A DNA stretch of 64,000 nt. It comes from the human T2T-CHM13v2.0 reference genome, Homo sapiens. The stretch is taken from NCBI RefSeq assembly GCF_009914755.1, contig NC_060929.1, one strand, 5' to 3'. Positions 1 through 13,605 of the stretch are shown here, in pieces (the stretch's first letter is position 1; every line of letters begins with the position of its first letter). Under the pieces are notes generated by a model, which worked only from the letters and a program-made list of their open reading frames with translations, was not told the origin of the DNA and ran no database searches. Both the position numbers and the translations under genes were made by a program.

Positions 1-1204
1 TAAGCATGGACTTTGGCTTCTTCATCAATGCCTAGAATAGTGCCTGGCACATAGTAGATGCTCAATAATAGAATGATTACTGACTAGTAACAATTCTCTC
101 ACCACCTGTCTGAGCCTTCTGACCATGACCTCATTTTACTTCTCTTATAAATCCTTTTTAATCAATTAGTCTTTCTTCAGATCCATCAGAAAACAATCAA
201 AAAGTTGGGATAAATATTGCTGATCTCTTGATTTATATATTCTACCCCCCGCCCTCACCCCTCGCTTCCCAATTCCTCTCTCCTGCACATTTACAAGGCT
301 AACAGGACAGTACGATCAGACACGATTTCTCCTCTCCTGAAGGCTGGTGCTAAACTGTAAGGCTTAACGAGATTCCCATTGCTCTTACTCATTGGAACTG
401 TCACGCTGTGGCTGAACCAATATTGGGAGTCATATTGTACATCGAAGTTCATTTTGTTCCCACGCTATTGTACCTGCAAGTGGAGTCTCTGTCACGTTTG
501 TTTTAATACCAGGGTTCCAGAGGGAAAATGCCAACTGAATTCATTACTAAAATAAATTGAAACTACATGAGTAGGCTGAAATGGAAGAGATTTCTAAGAC
601 ACTTTAACTTCTGAAACTCGGGGTCCAGTCATAAACGACAACCTCTGAAACACATGCCACCTCTCATTGGAAGCTAAGAGTCTCTTGGCCAGGACCAGAG
701 ACCAGTCTGACCTTTGCGAATCTGCATTACCCTTCCCCATTAACCAACAAAAAGGGACCTTCTTGCCCAGAGACTTTCTTTTTCCTTCTTCCCAGTAATT
801 TCCCCACTGTTCATAAAAATAATGAGAGCATTAATAGTAATATAATTATATACCAACTGTTAACCTTTTAAAATGATTCATAATTATAATGAATAAGTAT
901 ATACTTATAATAGTATAAGTATAGCTACTTCTACTTTGTATATACTTTCGTAGTACATATGATTACATACTATCCACTATTTCAATGTCTGAGATACAGT
1001 AGTGACACATAGCTGTACCTCCTATCTGCACTGTCATGGGGAAGACAACATAAAAGATATATAAATCAATGAATTATACATTGTGGTAAGTGCTATGAAG
1101 AAAACTCATACAGGGTTGAGACTGAAGGAGGAAATCTACTTTAGATGAAGCAGATAAGATTTAAGCTAAAATCAAAGGGTAGATAAGAAGGGGAACTATG
1201 TGAA

Positions 1205-1228
1205 GTGTGTGTGTGTGTGTGTGTGTGT
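1205..1228. repeat. (GT)n microsatellite
   Basis: Direct observation. Confidence 0.95.
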
Positions 1229-2175
1229 ACCCGTGCATGCACGCACATGTGTGTACAACTACAGGCACATCCCCACTCTGTGGATGAGGACGCCAAGGCC
1301 CTGAAAAGTTAAATTTCTTGCCCAAGATCACTCCCATGTTATGAGGCAGGGCTTCTTTTGTATTTTTTTTTTTGGAAGCAAATTTAAATGTGTCATTTAC
1401 TTTTATTTTCATTTTTAAAAAGGGGTTATATTATTTTTATTGAAAATACTTAATTGGCGAATTAAAATTTTATATGTTCAAGGTGTACAGCGTGATGATT
1501 TGGTATATGTTGTGTACTGATCACCACAAATTAATGAACACATCTATCAGCACCTCGAGTTAACATTTTAGGAACTAGTTTGGTCAAACTCTGAATTACA
1601 CACCCTTTCCACAGTTCTATGCTGTTTCTTGCTTAAATCAGAGAAGATAGAGGACTGGTGCTTAGTCGGAGAAAGAGGTCAGGTGTCACGGTCTGGCGTC
1701 CCCTGTGCATTGCAGTGATGGCTGAGCAAGGTTCCCAGGGCAGCTGCAGTTGCAGCTATGGGTCTGCAGAGTGGAAAAGGCTCTTGCTCTGCCACAGAGG
1801 GAGAAGGGGTGAAAGGTACTGAAATGAAAGGAAAGCATCAAAGCTGAGAACACTACTTGTAGAAAATGTGGCTGACAAGTGGTCCAAGAAAATATCTAGG
1901 AGATGAAAACTTTGGAAGAACTGACCCGAAGCCAAGACAGATGAACTTGAGTCCCCAAATTCACACTTCCTTTGGGTCCACTGAGCAGGTGGAACTCAGA
2001 TATTGGTCAAAGTCCATTTCTGAAATCCCCTTCAGATCCCATAGCCAGATTACTTTTCCCATTTCCTCCTTTAATTCGTTCAGAAGGGACACATAGAATG
2101 TATTCTACTCCTGGCACTGACAGCACAAAGAGAATGAAGTGGCCAGTGACTGGCCTCCTCTAAATAGGTTCATCT

Positions 2176-2470
2176 GACCAGGCGCTGTGGCTCACACCTG
2201 TAATCCCAACAGTTTGGGAAGCCAATTTGGAAGGATCACTTGAGTCTAGAAGTTCGAGACTAGCCTGGGAAACATAGTGAGACCCCATCTGTACAAAAAA
2301 TACAACAACAAAAAAATTAGCCCAGTATGGTGGCACACACCTGTGGTCACAGCTACTCAGGTAGCTGAGGTGAGAGGATTACATGAGCCCAGGAGATCGA
2401 AGCTGCAGTGAGCTGTGATTGTGCCACTGCACTCCATCCTGAGAGACAGAGTGAGACCCTATCTCAAAAA
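2176..2470 (+). mobile_element. Alu (J-like)
   Basis: Diverged dimeric Alu with A-rich linker. Confidence 0.9.
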
Positions 2471-2756
2471 TAGGGTGTCACCTGACACCCAGAAGGCAAT
2501 CAGCCCTGATGAGTTCCCAGGCACTGAGTGCCAGCTTTGCTCCAGGTGTTCTGCCAGTGCTGGGCGGACAAAGGTCATAATATCATTTCACCCCACAGAG
2601 CCCAGAGTCCAGTGGAGAATACAGTGGGTCAATCAGCAGTTACAGCTTGTGGGGCAGGAGCTGTGGGAGAGGGAGGTTCGGGAGGCCATGAGAGCTAAAA
2701 AGGGGGTTCTTAGCCCTGACCAGAGATCAGGAAGGCTTCCTGGATGAAATGACCCC

Positions 2757-3360
2757 TCTTTCATTCATTCAGCAAATAACTACAGTACCCCTGTTATATG
2801 CCAGCCACTGCTCTGGGTGCTGGAGTTACAGCAATGAGCAACAAAACCCCTGCCCTCGTGGAGCTGACATCCCAGGGGCAGGGGAAAGACCACACACAGA
2901 TACGTAATAAGCAAATAAATAGTGTAAACAATTTGATAGATGGTGGTAAGTGTTTTGAAGAACACAAAACAAAGCGAAGGAGAGTGACAGACAGAGCAGG
3001 AGAGCTACTGTGGAGTGGGTGGGCAGTGGAGACGCCACAGAAGAGCTCTAAATAGCAAGATGAGGCCTATGAAGAGGAGGTATGAGGCGGAGTCCTGTGG
3101 AAAGGCCTAAGGTGGCACCAGCCTGGCCTTGTCAACTGTAGGAAGGCCAGTGTGACCTGAGTAAAGTGACCAGTCACTCACCAAGGGCAGCTTGGACAAG
3201 CAGAGATGAACTCAGAGACAGAAGTAGGGCCAGCTCATGCGGGCCTGGTATAGGTTTTGGATTTAATCCACAGTGCAATGGAAATCCATTGAAAGGTTTT
3301 AAGGAGGATATGGAAACGCTCTGATTTACATTTTTAAACAGTAACCCTGGTCAAATGGAT
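2757..3360 (-). mobile_element. L2 fragment
   Basis: TCATTCATTCAGCAAATA...CCTGCCCTCGTGGAGCTGACAT...GGAAATCCATTGAAAGGTTTTAAG. Confidence 0.7.
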
Positions 3361-4042
3361 TGTTGAGTGCATAGATTGTTAGCATCTATCCTTTTTAAAC
3401 AAATTTTTATTTCAGAGTAATTTTAGATTTACAGAAAAGTGACAAAAGTAGTACAGTAGAGACTTCCCATGCCCCTCACCCAATTCCTGCCATCGTTAAC
3501 ATCTACATGGTACATTCATCATAACTGCAACATTAATGTGGGTAGATTACCACCAACCAAAAGACAAACTGTGGACTTCACCTGTTTTTCTACTAATGTC
3601 CTTTTTTGGTTCCAGGATCCAACTCAGGATAGCACATTGCATTTAGACCCATGGTCTTCCAAATAGTTTTTCTATATTTAAGGAAAGGCCTGCATCATCT
3701 AGGATCCACTTCTCTTTCTTGTAACTAAAAGTCCTGATAGATAAGGGGGAAAGAGTGGGCTCAGGAACTAGGCAAGAGATGAGAGGGCCCACTCAAAAAA
3801 ACGGGGTGGGAAGTCAATTTAGTTTATACAGTCACATCAATTACTATAAAATAAAGGTATTTTAATACCCCAAATTAGAAAGAACAGCCCCAAAATAGAA
3901 GTCTTTTATGCTGGATAAATTTAGCTTTATGAAAAACTTAATACATTGCCGGAAATTTTCTCCTTTTTCTGAGAAGAATGAAAATTTATATGAACTTACA
4001 TTGGTCCAGCCCACAGAAGCTTTTCTGGGGACAAAGATCTTT

Positions 4043-4191
4043 TCATTTAATTTTTAAAAATTTTTTAAATAAATAGAGACACCGTTTCATCATGTCGCCC
4101 AGGCTGGTTTGGAACTCCTGGGCTCAAGTGATCCGTCTGCCTCAGCTTCCCAAAGTGCTGGGATTACAGGCAGGCATGAGACCATGCCTAG
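4043..4191 (-). mobile_element. FLAM / Alu left monomer
   Basis: Single arm, flanked by CTGGGGACAAAGATCTTT / CTGGGGACAATAATCTTT. Confidence 0.85.
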
Positions 4192-4762
4192 CTGGGGACA
4201 ATAATCTTTAAAAAAATAAAATAAAATAAAAAGTGGATTCGCAGAATTACAACTGCTTAATCAGCAAATACTGACTGAGCACCTTCTATGTGTCAAACGC
4301 TATGAAACACACTCAGGCGTTTTGATTTTAGAATCATGCTGCAGACCAAAGAAAATCAAATGTCTAATAGCAGAGGAGATTTGTTACAAAGCTGGTGGAG
4401 CTGGTGAGTAAAGGCAACTCAACATTTCTGTGTTGGCTGTAAGATGAGCGCAGCAACTAAGGAGTGCTGCACAGGAGATCATCCCTGGGATGGGACGGCT
4501 GGCCACTCCTCTTCTTATTGAAAAAAAGCCTCCTATCAAAGTTGGGGCTTCCAGTATAATTTAGTCAGAGGAAACCAAGTTTCAGGGCAACTTCAGTTGT
4601 GTCTACACTTCAACAAGCAGCTGTCTTTATGGTAGTATCTCTTCCCTACTTCTTCCTTATCATTTCACTTGGTCTAAGTTGGGATCCTTTGGTAGGAAAT
4701 CTTAGGGCAAATGATACAAATCTTGATCCTCATTAAGAAGATTTAAAAAAAAATAACAAATC

Positions 4763-5083
<321 letters not shown>

Positions 5084-5871
5084 CTACAATAAGCACAGCA
5101 GATAAAGATGGGCAGTACCTCCACTGCCTTCTCACCAGCAGCAGAGTGGTCAAGAGAAAAAGGCCACTGCAATTGAGTGGTGCTGGGGTTGTGGAATTAT
5201 GTCCTTGGGCATCTGTGAGAGACTGCCAGAGGCAAAGTCAGGCCACCCGACAATGGAGCTTTTTACTTCCTTTTCCTAATGCTATAGTCTTAGAAGCAGA
5301 GGTTACTTTCAAAGAGAGGCGTGGGGACTTGCATTAGGATCACCAGAGGTTCTTGGTAAGAATGAAAAATCCTGGATCTCTCTTCCAGGCATCCTCAAGT
5401 GGAATTTCCAGCATCTGTATTTTGAGTAAGTCCCTTAAGTGATCTTAACCTACCTGAAACCTTGAGATCTGCTGTCCCACAGGCTCCCCACCCATCTATG
5501 GATGGCTGTGGTGAGAGTGAAGGGTGGGGAATATGCAAATGATCTGGGAGGAGGTTCTACAGAAGGTGAAGGATGGAGCAGGTGCAGGGGGCCATGTCCT
5601 ATTAGGCCATTCCTGTGCACTCATTACAGGTAGAGAATGGTTATTTTTGGGTAGTGTTAATCAGTCTGTGGATGTTTTGCAAACCCTTCTAGTTATTGTT
5701 CCTGCTTGGCCTGACCTTTCCTGAGGCTATTGTCCACCTTGATTCTGTAGGGCCCTTTGGGCTGAGAACTTCAAAAACCAGAGATTATTCTCCACATTCT
5801 CCAACTTTCATGTGGTAGATTCCAGAACAACCTCAAGCCACTGAATCCTGCTGGTTACAAACGTAGGCTCA

Positions 5872-6115
5872 GGCCGGGCACAGTGGCTCACACCTGTAAT
5901 CCTAACACTTTGGGAGGCCGAGGTGGGTGGATCACTTGAGGTCAGATGTTCGAGACCAGCCTGGCCAATATGGTGAAACCCCGACTCTACTAAAAATACA
6001 AAAATTACCTTGAAATCACTTGAACCCAGGAGGTGGAGGTTGCAGTGAGCCCAGATCATACCACTGCATTCCAGCCTGGGTGACAGAGCAACACTTCATC
6101 TCAAAAAAAAAAAAA
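5872..6115 (+). mobile_element. AluS with a deletion of ~55 bp at the start of the right arm
   Basis: The linker ...AAAATTA jumps directly to ...AATCACTTGAACCC. Flanking repeat GTAGGCTC. Confidence 0.88.
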
Positions 6116-7969
6116 GGAAGAAGAAGGTAGGCTCTAGGATCTACACATTAGAAGGCTGTGTGTCTTTGGACATTTCCTTGTGCCTCAGTTTTTCTCATCT
6201 GCACAGTGGGTTCACCTCTAAGAGTCAGCTCATGGGTACCAAATGAGATAACCTATTCAGAGCTTTCAGCACGGGCCTGGAACAGAATTAATGCATGGTA
6301 AATATTAGCTCAAATGCACAACTGGTCAACAATGCAGGGTACCCATGCACACCCAGCTGACACAGAGTCACCATGCGGGGAGGGAAGAAAAGAAAGACAA
6401 GCTTATTCATGGGGAAGCAGATGATGCTCTGCAGAGAATTCAAAGAGCTGTGCATGGTTGTGTGGGAGGCGAGGAGGTGGAGGAAGCGGGGGGCGCTGCT
6501 CAGAGTCCCTGCTTCTGCTGGGGCAGAAATCATGTGTGACGAGAAAGAAAAAGAAAAGAAAGGAAGTGACAAACTGACTGTACGTGTGTCTGTCATCGTG
6601 GATGAGCAATAAAGATGATAAGAATCCTCAAGACAAGGCTGCATCATTAGATGAGGAATAAAAAAGCTTATTATTAGGGGAAATTGATGCTCTGTGGAAC
6701 CAGAGCTTTTAGAACAAAGAGCATCAAACTGACATTTTTCCAGGCTGGGGAAGTGTTATTTCATTCATGATCAGTTACAGGCATTAGGATCTGTTGCTTT
6801 CTTTTGTTTTATTGTTCTGTTGCCCTATTTTCTCCACCAGGCCCCAGGCTGAACCCTGAGGGGAGTCTATGAAAAAGCTCTTGAAGGAAGGCATTGGGAA
6901 GGGAAAGTCCTCCTTGTCACAGAGGGCAATTTGTATTTTGAAGAGTTTCATTTGAATTGCCTAGAAAATACTTCAGAGACAGATCTATATAATCTCATCA
7001 TAAATTCAACCTTATACTTTTCAAAGGAGGCAAAGAAGGATATAGACATAGCTATCAGGCCTGGGTTCAAACAAGGTTCAAATTAAGGTGACTTCCTATA
7101 TTAACTTGAGGAAATCACTGAACCCTCAAAACCTTAGTCTCTCAATCTGTAAAGTAAAATTGAGATTATGACCAACCTTAGAGGGTCATTGTGAGATAGG
7201 GAACAAGCATGAATGGTGGTCTAGAGCAAGCCCTTGACCACTGTCATCACCTTTTTTGTCATTGTCATTGTTGTCACACAGCTAAGAGGTTATAGGAGCA
7301 AGCGTGGAAACTAACTTAAAATCAAGAAGCTCCCTGACTTAAAATCATAGCCACATACAGAAAACATACAAATCATGCATTTCAACCCTAATAACAATGG
7401 GAGCCATTGCCAGATTTATTTCCTAAGCATCTTTTTTTTTTTTTTTGAAAAGCAGTTATTTCCAGGGTGGGAAACCTCCAGAATCCACATCTCCTTTTAA
7501 GATACAAAACAGCATTATGTCAAGATGGACACGTTCTCCACAGTATTTGCCTGTTACTCCCACTCGCCCCCCGAGATTAATTTGCAAGTCTTCTTTCTTC
7601 CCCAAAGTGGATTCCAAAGGCACACACGGCTCAGAAAGGAAAGCAATTCTTGTTCTTCTTTCTCAGGCTTTCCTGTGTTTTAGACCCAAATATATGAACT
7701 TTCATGTTCTGGTCTCCCCACAGTTGGAGATCAGTGTAAGGACATTTCAGAAATAGAAGAGGTGTGAGAATGAGAGTAAGTGTGCAGAATATAGACAAGG
7801 ACCATGATCCAAAAAAAGAAAACACACCCTCCCACTCACTGAATCATTCTGTAAACACCATCAGAATGTCTGCTGAGTGCCAGGTCCTGTGCTCAGTGCT
7901 GGACAACAAGGAGAAGAGAATGCAGACCTTCATCTAGAAGTTCACAGCCTGGAAGACAGTGAGGAATGA

Positions 7970-8446
<477 letters not shown>

Positions 8447-10614
8447 GGCTGAACTCATTAGTCCTCATTACTTCAGAAGAAGGGAATGCCAGTTCCCGTG
8501 ATTGCCACTTTTCAGTTGAATGCTGGTATTCCTAGAAGACCTCGTTATTAGCCATGACAAACTCCCTTTCCCTAACTCCTTTAACAGAACTTTACAACTT
8601 ACAAAACATTTTCATGTTTATGATCTGGTAGTAGGGCAGGCAATTTCATTCCCACTTTACGGAGGAGGAAGCTAAATAATTAGCCTGTGGTCTCACAGCT
8701 CAAAGGCAAAATAGCTGGGAGGTGAACGGGGTCTGTTGACTCCAAGTCTACAGCTCAGCAAAGCCAGCCAAAGATCATTGCTATCCCCTAGTAACTTAGA
8801 CGTAAGTTACTCTTTCCTCTTAAAAGTAAATATTTTGTAGTTCCACAGAAGGAAGGACTGAGAGTTCTCACAACCTTCGATACTCACAGCAGAGACTGCC
8901 CAGTCCTGTGGGCATGGGGAAAGGTCAAAGTGTCCAGGAAAAGCTGGTAATTATGACCAGTTCCTGGGTGCTTCCCATATGCCCAGCACTGTGCTGCAAG
9001 CAGGCTTCAGCTGTGTCACCTGAATGTCCCTGACTTCACCTGCTCCCACCTGTGTAACTGTAGTCCCTCCCACCCCATTACTTAGGGATTTCCCCCCATC
9101 TAGAGGAAGAAGCTCAGGAACAAGCCCCCTCATGCTCTCCATTAATATTTACTGCCCATTTACAAGTCCTTATGGGAATTACCTTGGCATCCCTGTGATA
9201 CAATGGCCTCCATTAAAACACTACCTTCGTGCCTGGGACCTCACACCCTGGAAAAGCCAAACAGACTTGGTTCCCTTCTGTGCTTAGTGCATGCCTAGTG
9301 CTGTGTGTGAGCCCCTCCCCAAATGCTGCATTGTATTTTGTCCACTTGGACTCTGAGCTACTAAGTTTCCCGCATCACCTGGGGAGAACAGATCCTCCAG
9401 TTTACGGCTTCTGCTTCACAGGGACTGAGCATCTGTTCTTGCGGTCAAGTCGGGGCAGACTCCTCATTAGAGCTTGCACTGTCCCTGTCTCCTCATTTCT
9501 TCCCCCAGGTCCCACTCCAAATCCTCCTCCTTTCTCCTTCAGTCCAAAGTCACATAGACAAATCAGGGAAAGTGGAGAATCTGGACCCCCAAAACCAACC
9601 GAACATTGCTGGATAATTCTGGAAAAGTGACAGCCCTGGGAGGGCATGCAGAAGAGGATCCCAATGAGGAACTCTTAAAAATCCTCCATAGAAACCACAA
9701 TTGTTATTTATGGAGACCTTGCATGCATATCTAATTAACCCTCACAAGAACGCTGTGATGCAAGTAGCCTTACTTCTTTCAATTTACATAAGAAAATGGT
9801 AGCCTCATTCTCCAAGCTAACAAGTGAGGAGATGACCCCAGCCCCTCCATTCTTAACCCCAGTGCAATGCTGAGTCCCACTCCCTGAGTTGCAAGGGTTT
9901 GCAGATCCAGGTGGTATTTCTCGCGAATCAATTGCTCGGAGAAACAATGACAAAGAAGGGTTTAAGTATTGGGTAGGCGGGTGGGTAGGAGGGAGGAGGA
10001 GAAGCTGTTAATTTTAGATGTGTAATTCAGACTGATCATTAGGTGACAGAGGTGTCACCGTGCCCCTTATCTTTGTCATCCGCCTTCTAAAATAAGGGTC
10101 AGGGCCTGTGATTTCCTCAGGGGGAAGATCCATCCTTTGCATGCTTAAAACCCCTGGGGAGGGCAGGACCAAAGAAGACAACAGAGAAGAAGACTCTGGG
10201 CTGTGGAAGTCACTTGTTTTCTGCCCCAACCTCCCCAAAACATGTCCTCAACACATAGTACAGGGTCTTGTGAGGTAGGAGAATGTTCCAGAAATTTGTT
10301 TTTTAGTCTGTTCTGGGCTGACAAAACTACATTGAAACCGAGGCACCCAGGGCCCTGATTCCTGTACTTGGGTCACTTGGATGTGCGGCAGCGATGACTT
10401 GTGGATCCTAACCCCCTAGAACACTGAGTCTCTCCTCCTCACTGTTTAGAGTAGTGCTACAAAAATTGAAAATCAAGCAATTATTGATGTAGTCAAAATA
10501 AGGACCCTAAAATTAGAATTGCAGCCGGGTGGGGGTGTCTACACTATTACTCCTGCTCCAAAATATAAAAGTGATAGTAACTCACATCTGCCTGGTGTTT
10601 ACTGTTGCCAGGCA

Positions 10615-10780
10615 CTGTCCTCAACGTGTGGTCCTGGATCCACATCAGCATCGCCTGAAAGCTAGTTAGAGATGCATAGGCCCTGCCCAGATTGAACTAG
10701 AAACCGTGGGGATGGGCCCAGCAATCTGTGTCTTAACCAGACCTTCAGGTGATTCTGATGCTCTCTAAAGTTTGAGCACC
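10615..10780. mobile_element. MER5A-like element
   Basis: CTCAACGTGTGGTCC...CAGCATCGCCTG...CCCAGCAATCTGTG...CAGGTGATTCTGATGC...AAGTTTGAG. Confidence 0.7.
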
Positions 10781-11105
10781 CTTGCCTTACTTCACTGAAT
10801 CCTCACAATGACTGTGGAAGGTATGGAAATTATTGGGCATTATTGTTTTCATTTTATAGAGAAGGAACCTGAGTCTCAAAAATATTGAGTGATGGTCTGA
10901 AATGAGTACTTATACCAGGATTGGAATGCAGGTCATTCTGCCACTCAAGTTCCCTCTTCCCCAAACATGTTTCCTTACTGATGAAAACCAAGCATGACAG
11001 AGGGTGGGGGTGACAAACAATCGTTCCTATGGAAACCAGAAAAGGTAGCTTCAGTTCCAGGTCAGGAAAGACATGCTGAGCATCAGTTACAGGTTAGTCA
11101 CCATG

Positions 11106-11449
11106 TGCTATGGTCTGAATGTTTCTGTCTCCTTAAAACTGATATGTAGCAATACTAACCCCCAAGGTGATGTTATTAGGAGGCAGGGCCTTTGGGAAGC
11201 CATTAGGCCATGAGGGCAGAGACCTTATAAAAAAGGCCCAAGAAAAACCCTTCACCTTTCTCATCATGTGAGGACACAAGGTAAAGATGCCATCTATGAA
11301 CCAGAGAGCAGGCCCTCACCAGACACCAAATCTGTCAGCCCACTGATCTTGGACTTCCCAGCCTCCAGAACTATGAGCAATAAATTTCTGTTGTTTATAA
11401 GCCACCCAGTGTTGGGGATTTGTTATAGCATCCCAAACAGACTAAGACA
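11106..11449 (+). mobile_element. MaLR LTR (MLT1A/MST-like)
   Basis: TGCTATGGTCTGAATGTT...GGACTTCCCAGCCTCCAGAACTATGAGCAATAAATTTCTGTTGTTTATAAGCCACCCAG...GACTAAGACA. Confidence 0.85.
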
Positions 11450-12389
11450 CTAAACATAAATATCTTATCTCATTTAATTCTCAACAAAAACCCATGTCAG
11501 GTAGGCATTCTGAAATCACATATCAGGTAGGTAAGCAATTTTTCTAAGCTGTCAACACTCAGTAAGTTGCAGGGAAGTATTTAAATCCTGTTTAGTCTGT
11601 CTTTAAAGACCTCACAGCCTCTCTGGGGCACACTTACACATTCATTAGATATATATGTGCTCATGGCAAAAAGGCCAGGAAACCAAGGGTGAATGCACAT
11701 GTAGCAGCAAATGAGGTCACCCTGCTCCAGGGCTGAAAATCCACCTCTACAGCAATTGTGGGACTTTGACAGCATCACCAGTCACCCCAGTCTGCTCCAC
11801 CCTCCCCTCCTTCCTTCCCTCTTGAAAAACCACTGACTTTTCCCTTTCTCCCTGTGAGATAAAGGAAGACAAGTTCTTACCAAACTGAACACGTTGATTC
11901 AATTCCTATTAACTGAGTATTCACCCAACTTTCCGGAGAAGCAAAGCCCTTAGTGGGTAATGATGCCAGGAATGGGATGCATTGCCAGTTGGAGACCTAG
12001 CAACATTCAATGAGGATTATAATAATGTTATGAATGGCTTTAACCAGCTCCTCACCCAAAATACATACACACCCTTGAAACTGGCTTGGGATTTACCAGG
12101 AACCTTCCAAATCAATAGCTTAATTAACCCACAAGCTGTGTATGACATGTCATGAAACATCTCTAAAACCAAGTAGCAAAGGAAAGTACAAAACTTAAAT
12201 CCATGTTTGTATTAAGTTTCCCAGCCATCATTTTGTAGATTTTATTTTTTTAAATAAGTTGCTATTTATTTTCACTTAAAGGCATGGTATTTTTAAATCT
12301 TAATTTATAGATTCAAGGAGACATAAAATGATAAATGAAAAACTCTGGGTGAAAACATTTGTTGTCAAAAATATATAAACAGCCCCCAA

Positions 12390-12968
12390 ATCTAAAGGGA
12401 ATCTCTGTCACTCCCTAAGTTACAGCTTGCCATTGGCTCTCTCAGTTGCTTTTTGGATGGAGCCCAGGCATCCCAGACTGCTTTGCCAAGCATTTTGTGA
12501 TCATGCGGCTGCCCATACTCCAGCCCCAAAGCCTGACACTCCTGCCACACACCCTCTGCCCAGGTTAGGCAGAGTACAGGCATTTCCCAGAAAGTCCTGG
12601 GTCCTCCCACCCTTTGTGTCTCTGTATCTGTTTGGCTCTCAGCCTGGAATATCCCCTCCCTTTCTTTACCAAGCTGACTCCTCCTCATCTCTTCTGCTCC
12701 TGCTCATCTCTCAAACCTCAGCCAGGTGCCACCTCTTCAGGAAAGTCTTCCCTCATGTCCAGTGGGGATTTCCAAGGCACCATGTGCTGACCGTCATTAC
12801 ATTATTTTTAACACTGGTTCATGATGGTCTATTTACTTCTGTGTCACCTCCTAAGCTGGGAGCTCCCTGAAGGTATTTCAGTGTCATCAGGCTTAGCACA
12901 ATGCCAGGCACATAGTAAGAACTCACAACATCGTTGTTGAATGAATGAGTGAATGAATCAAAGAATGA
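12390..12968 (+). mobile_element. L2 3' fragment
   Basis: Ends GCCAGGCACATAGTAAG...TTGTTGAATGAATGA. Confidence 0.7.
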
Positions 12969-13357
12969 ATAGTTATCACCTAGGTATTTATTTTCCCCAC
13001 AGGCTCCAGGTATACCATGGAAATGAGAGATGTAATTTTTCTCTCTCAACACCCTTAAAAAGCTGTTTCTACACCCAGGGACTCATATGGTCCAGTATAG
13101 CCAGAAGCATTTCAAGGCTACAGAAACCTTAGTCTAAAACATAGTCTAGCTGAGCCCAGAAGACTGGTAACAAAACCAAAGCTAGGCCAAACTCCCAGAA
13201 CTAGCCCTAGTCTGTAATGGTCTGGAAACTCACTTTAGTTACGACCTTCCTAATGTAAGGCCAGTGTAAGTATGTCCCATGTACCAGTGGGGTTTGCAAT
13301 TATAAAAGCGGTGCAAGCATTGCAGGACCTTCAAACATAAAGCAATGTATAAAATAG

Positions 13358-13605
13358 ACAGTTCTCAAAAGGTGGCCCTGGATCACCACATCAGTGCCAC
13401 CCGGAAACTAGTTGAAAATGCATAAGCCCCACTCAATCTCAAATTTTAGAATGCATCAGAATCACCTGAAGCACTTGGGGAAACACAGATTGCTGGTGCC
13501 ATCTCCAGGGTTTCTGATTCAATAAGTCTGGATGGGGCCTATGCACTTCTAACTGGTTTCCAGGTACACTGATATGGTGGTCCGGGACTACACTTGAGAA
13601 CTGTC
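13358..13605. mobile_element. MER5-like elements (two joined pieces)
   Basis: GCATCAGAATCACCTG...CAGATTGCTGG...TTTCTGATTCA...CACTTGAGAA. Confidence 0.65.

Noticed and set aside
12427-12870. 147-aa ORF
   Set aside because: Lies within an L2 remnant and starts at a non-ATG codon.
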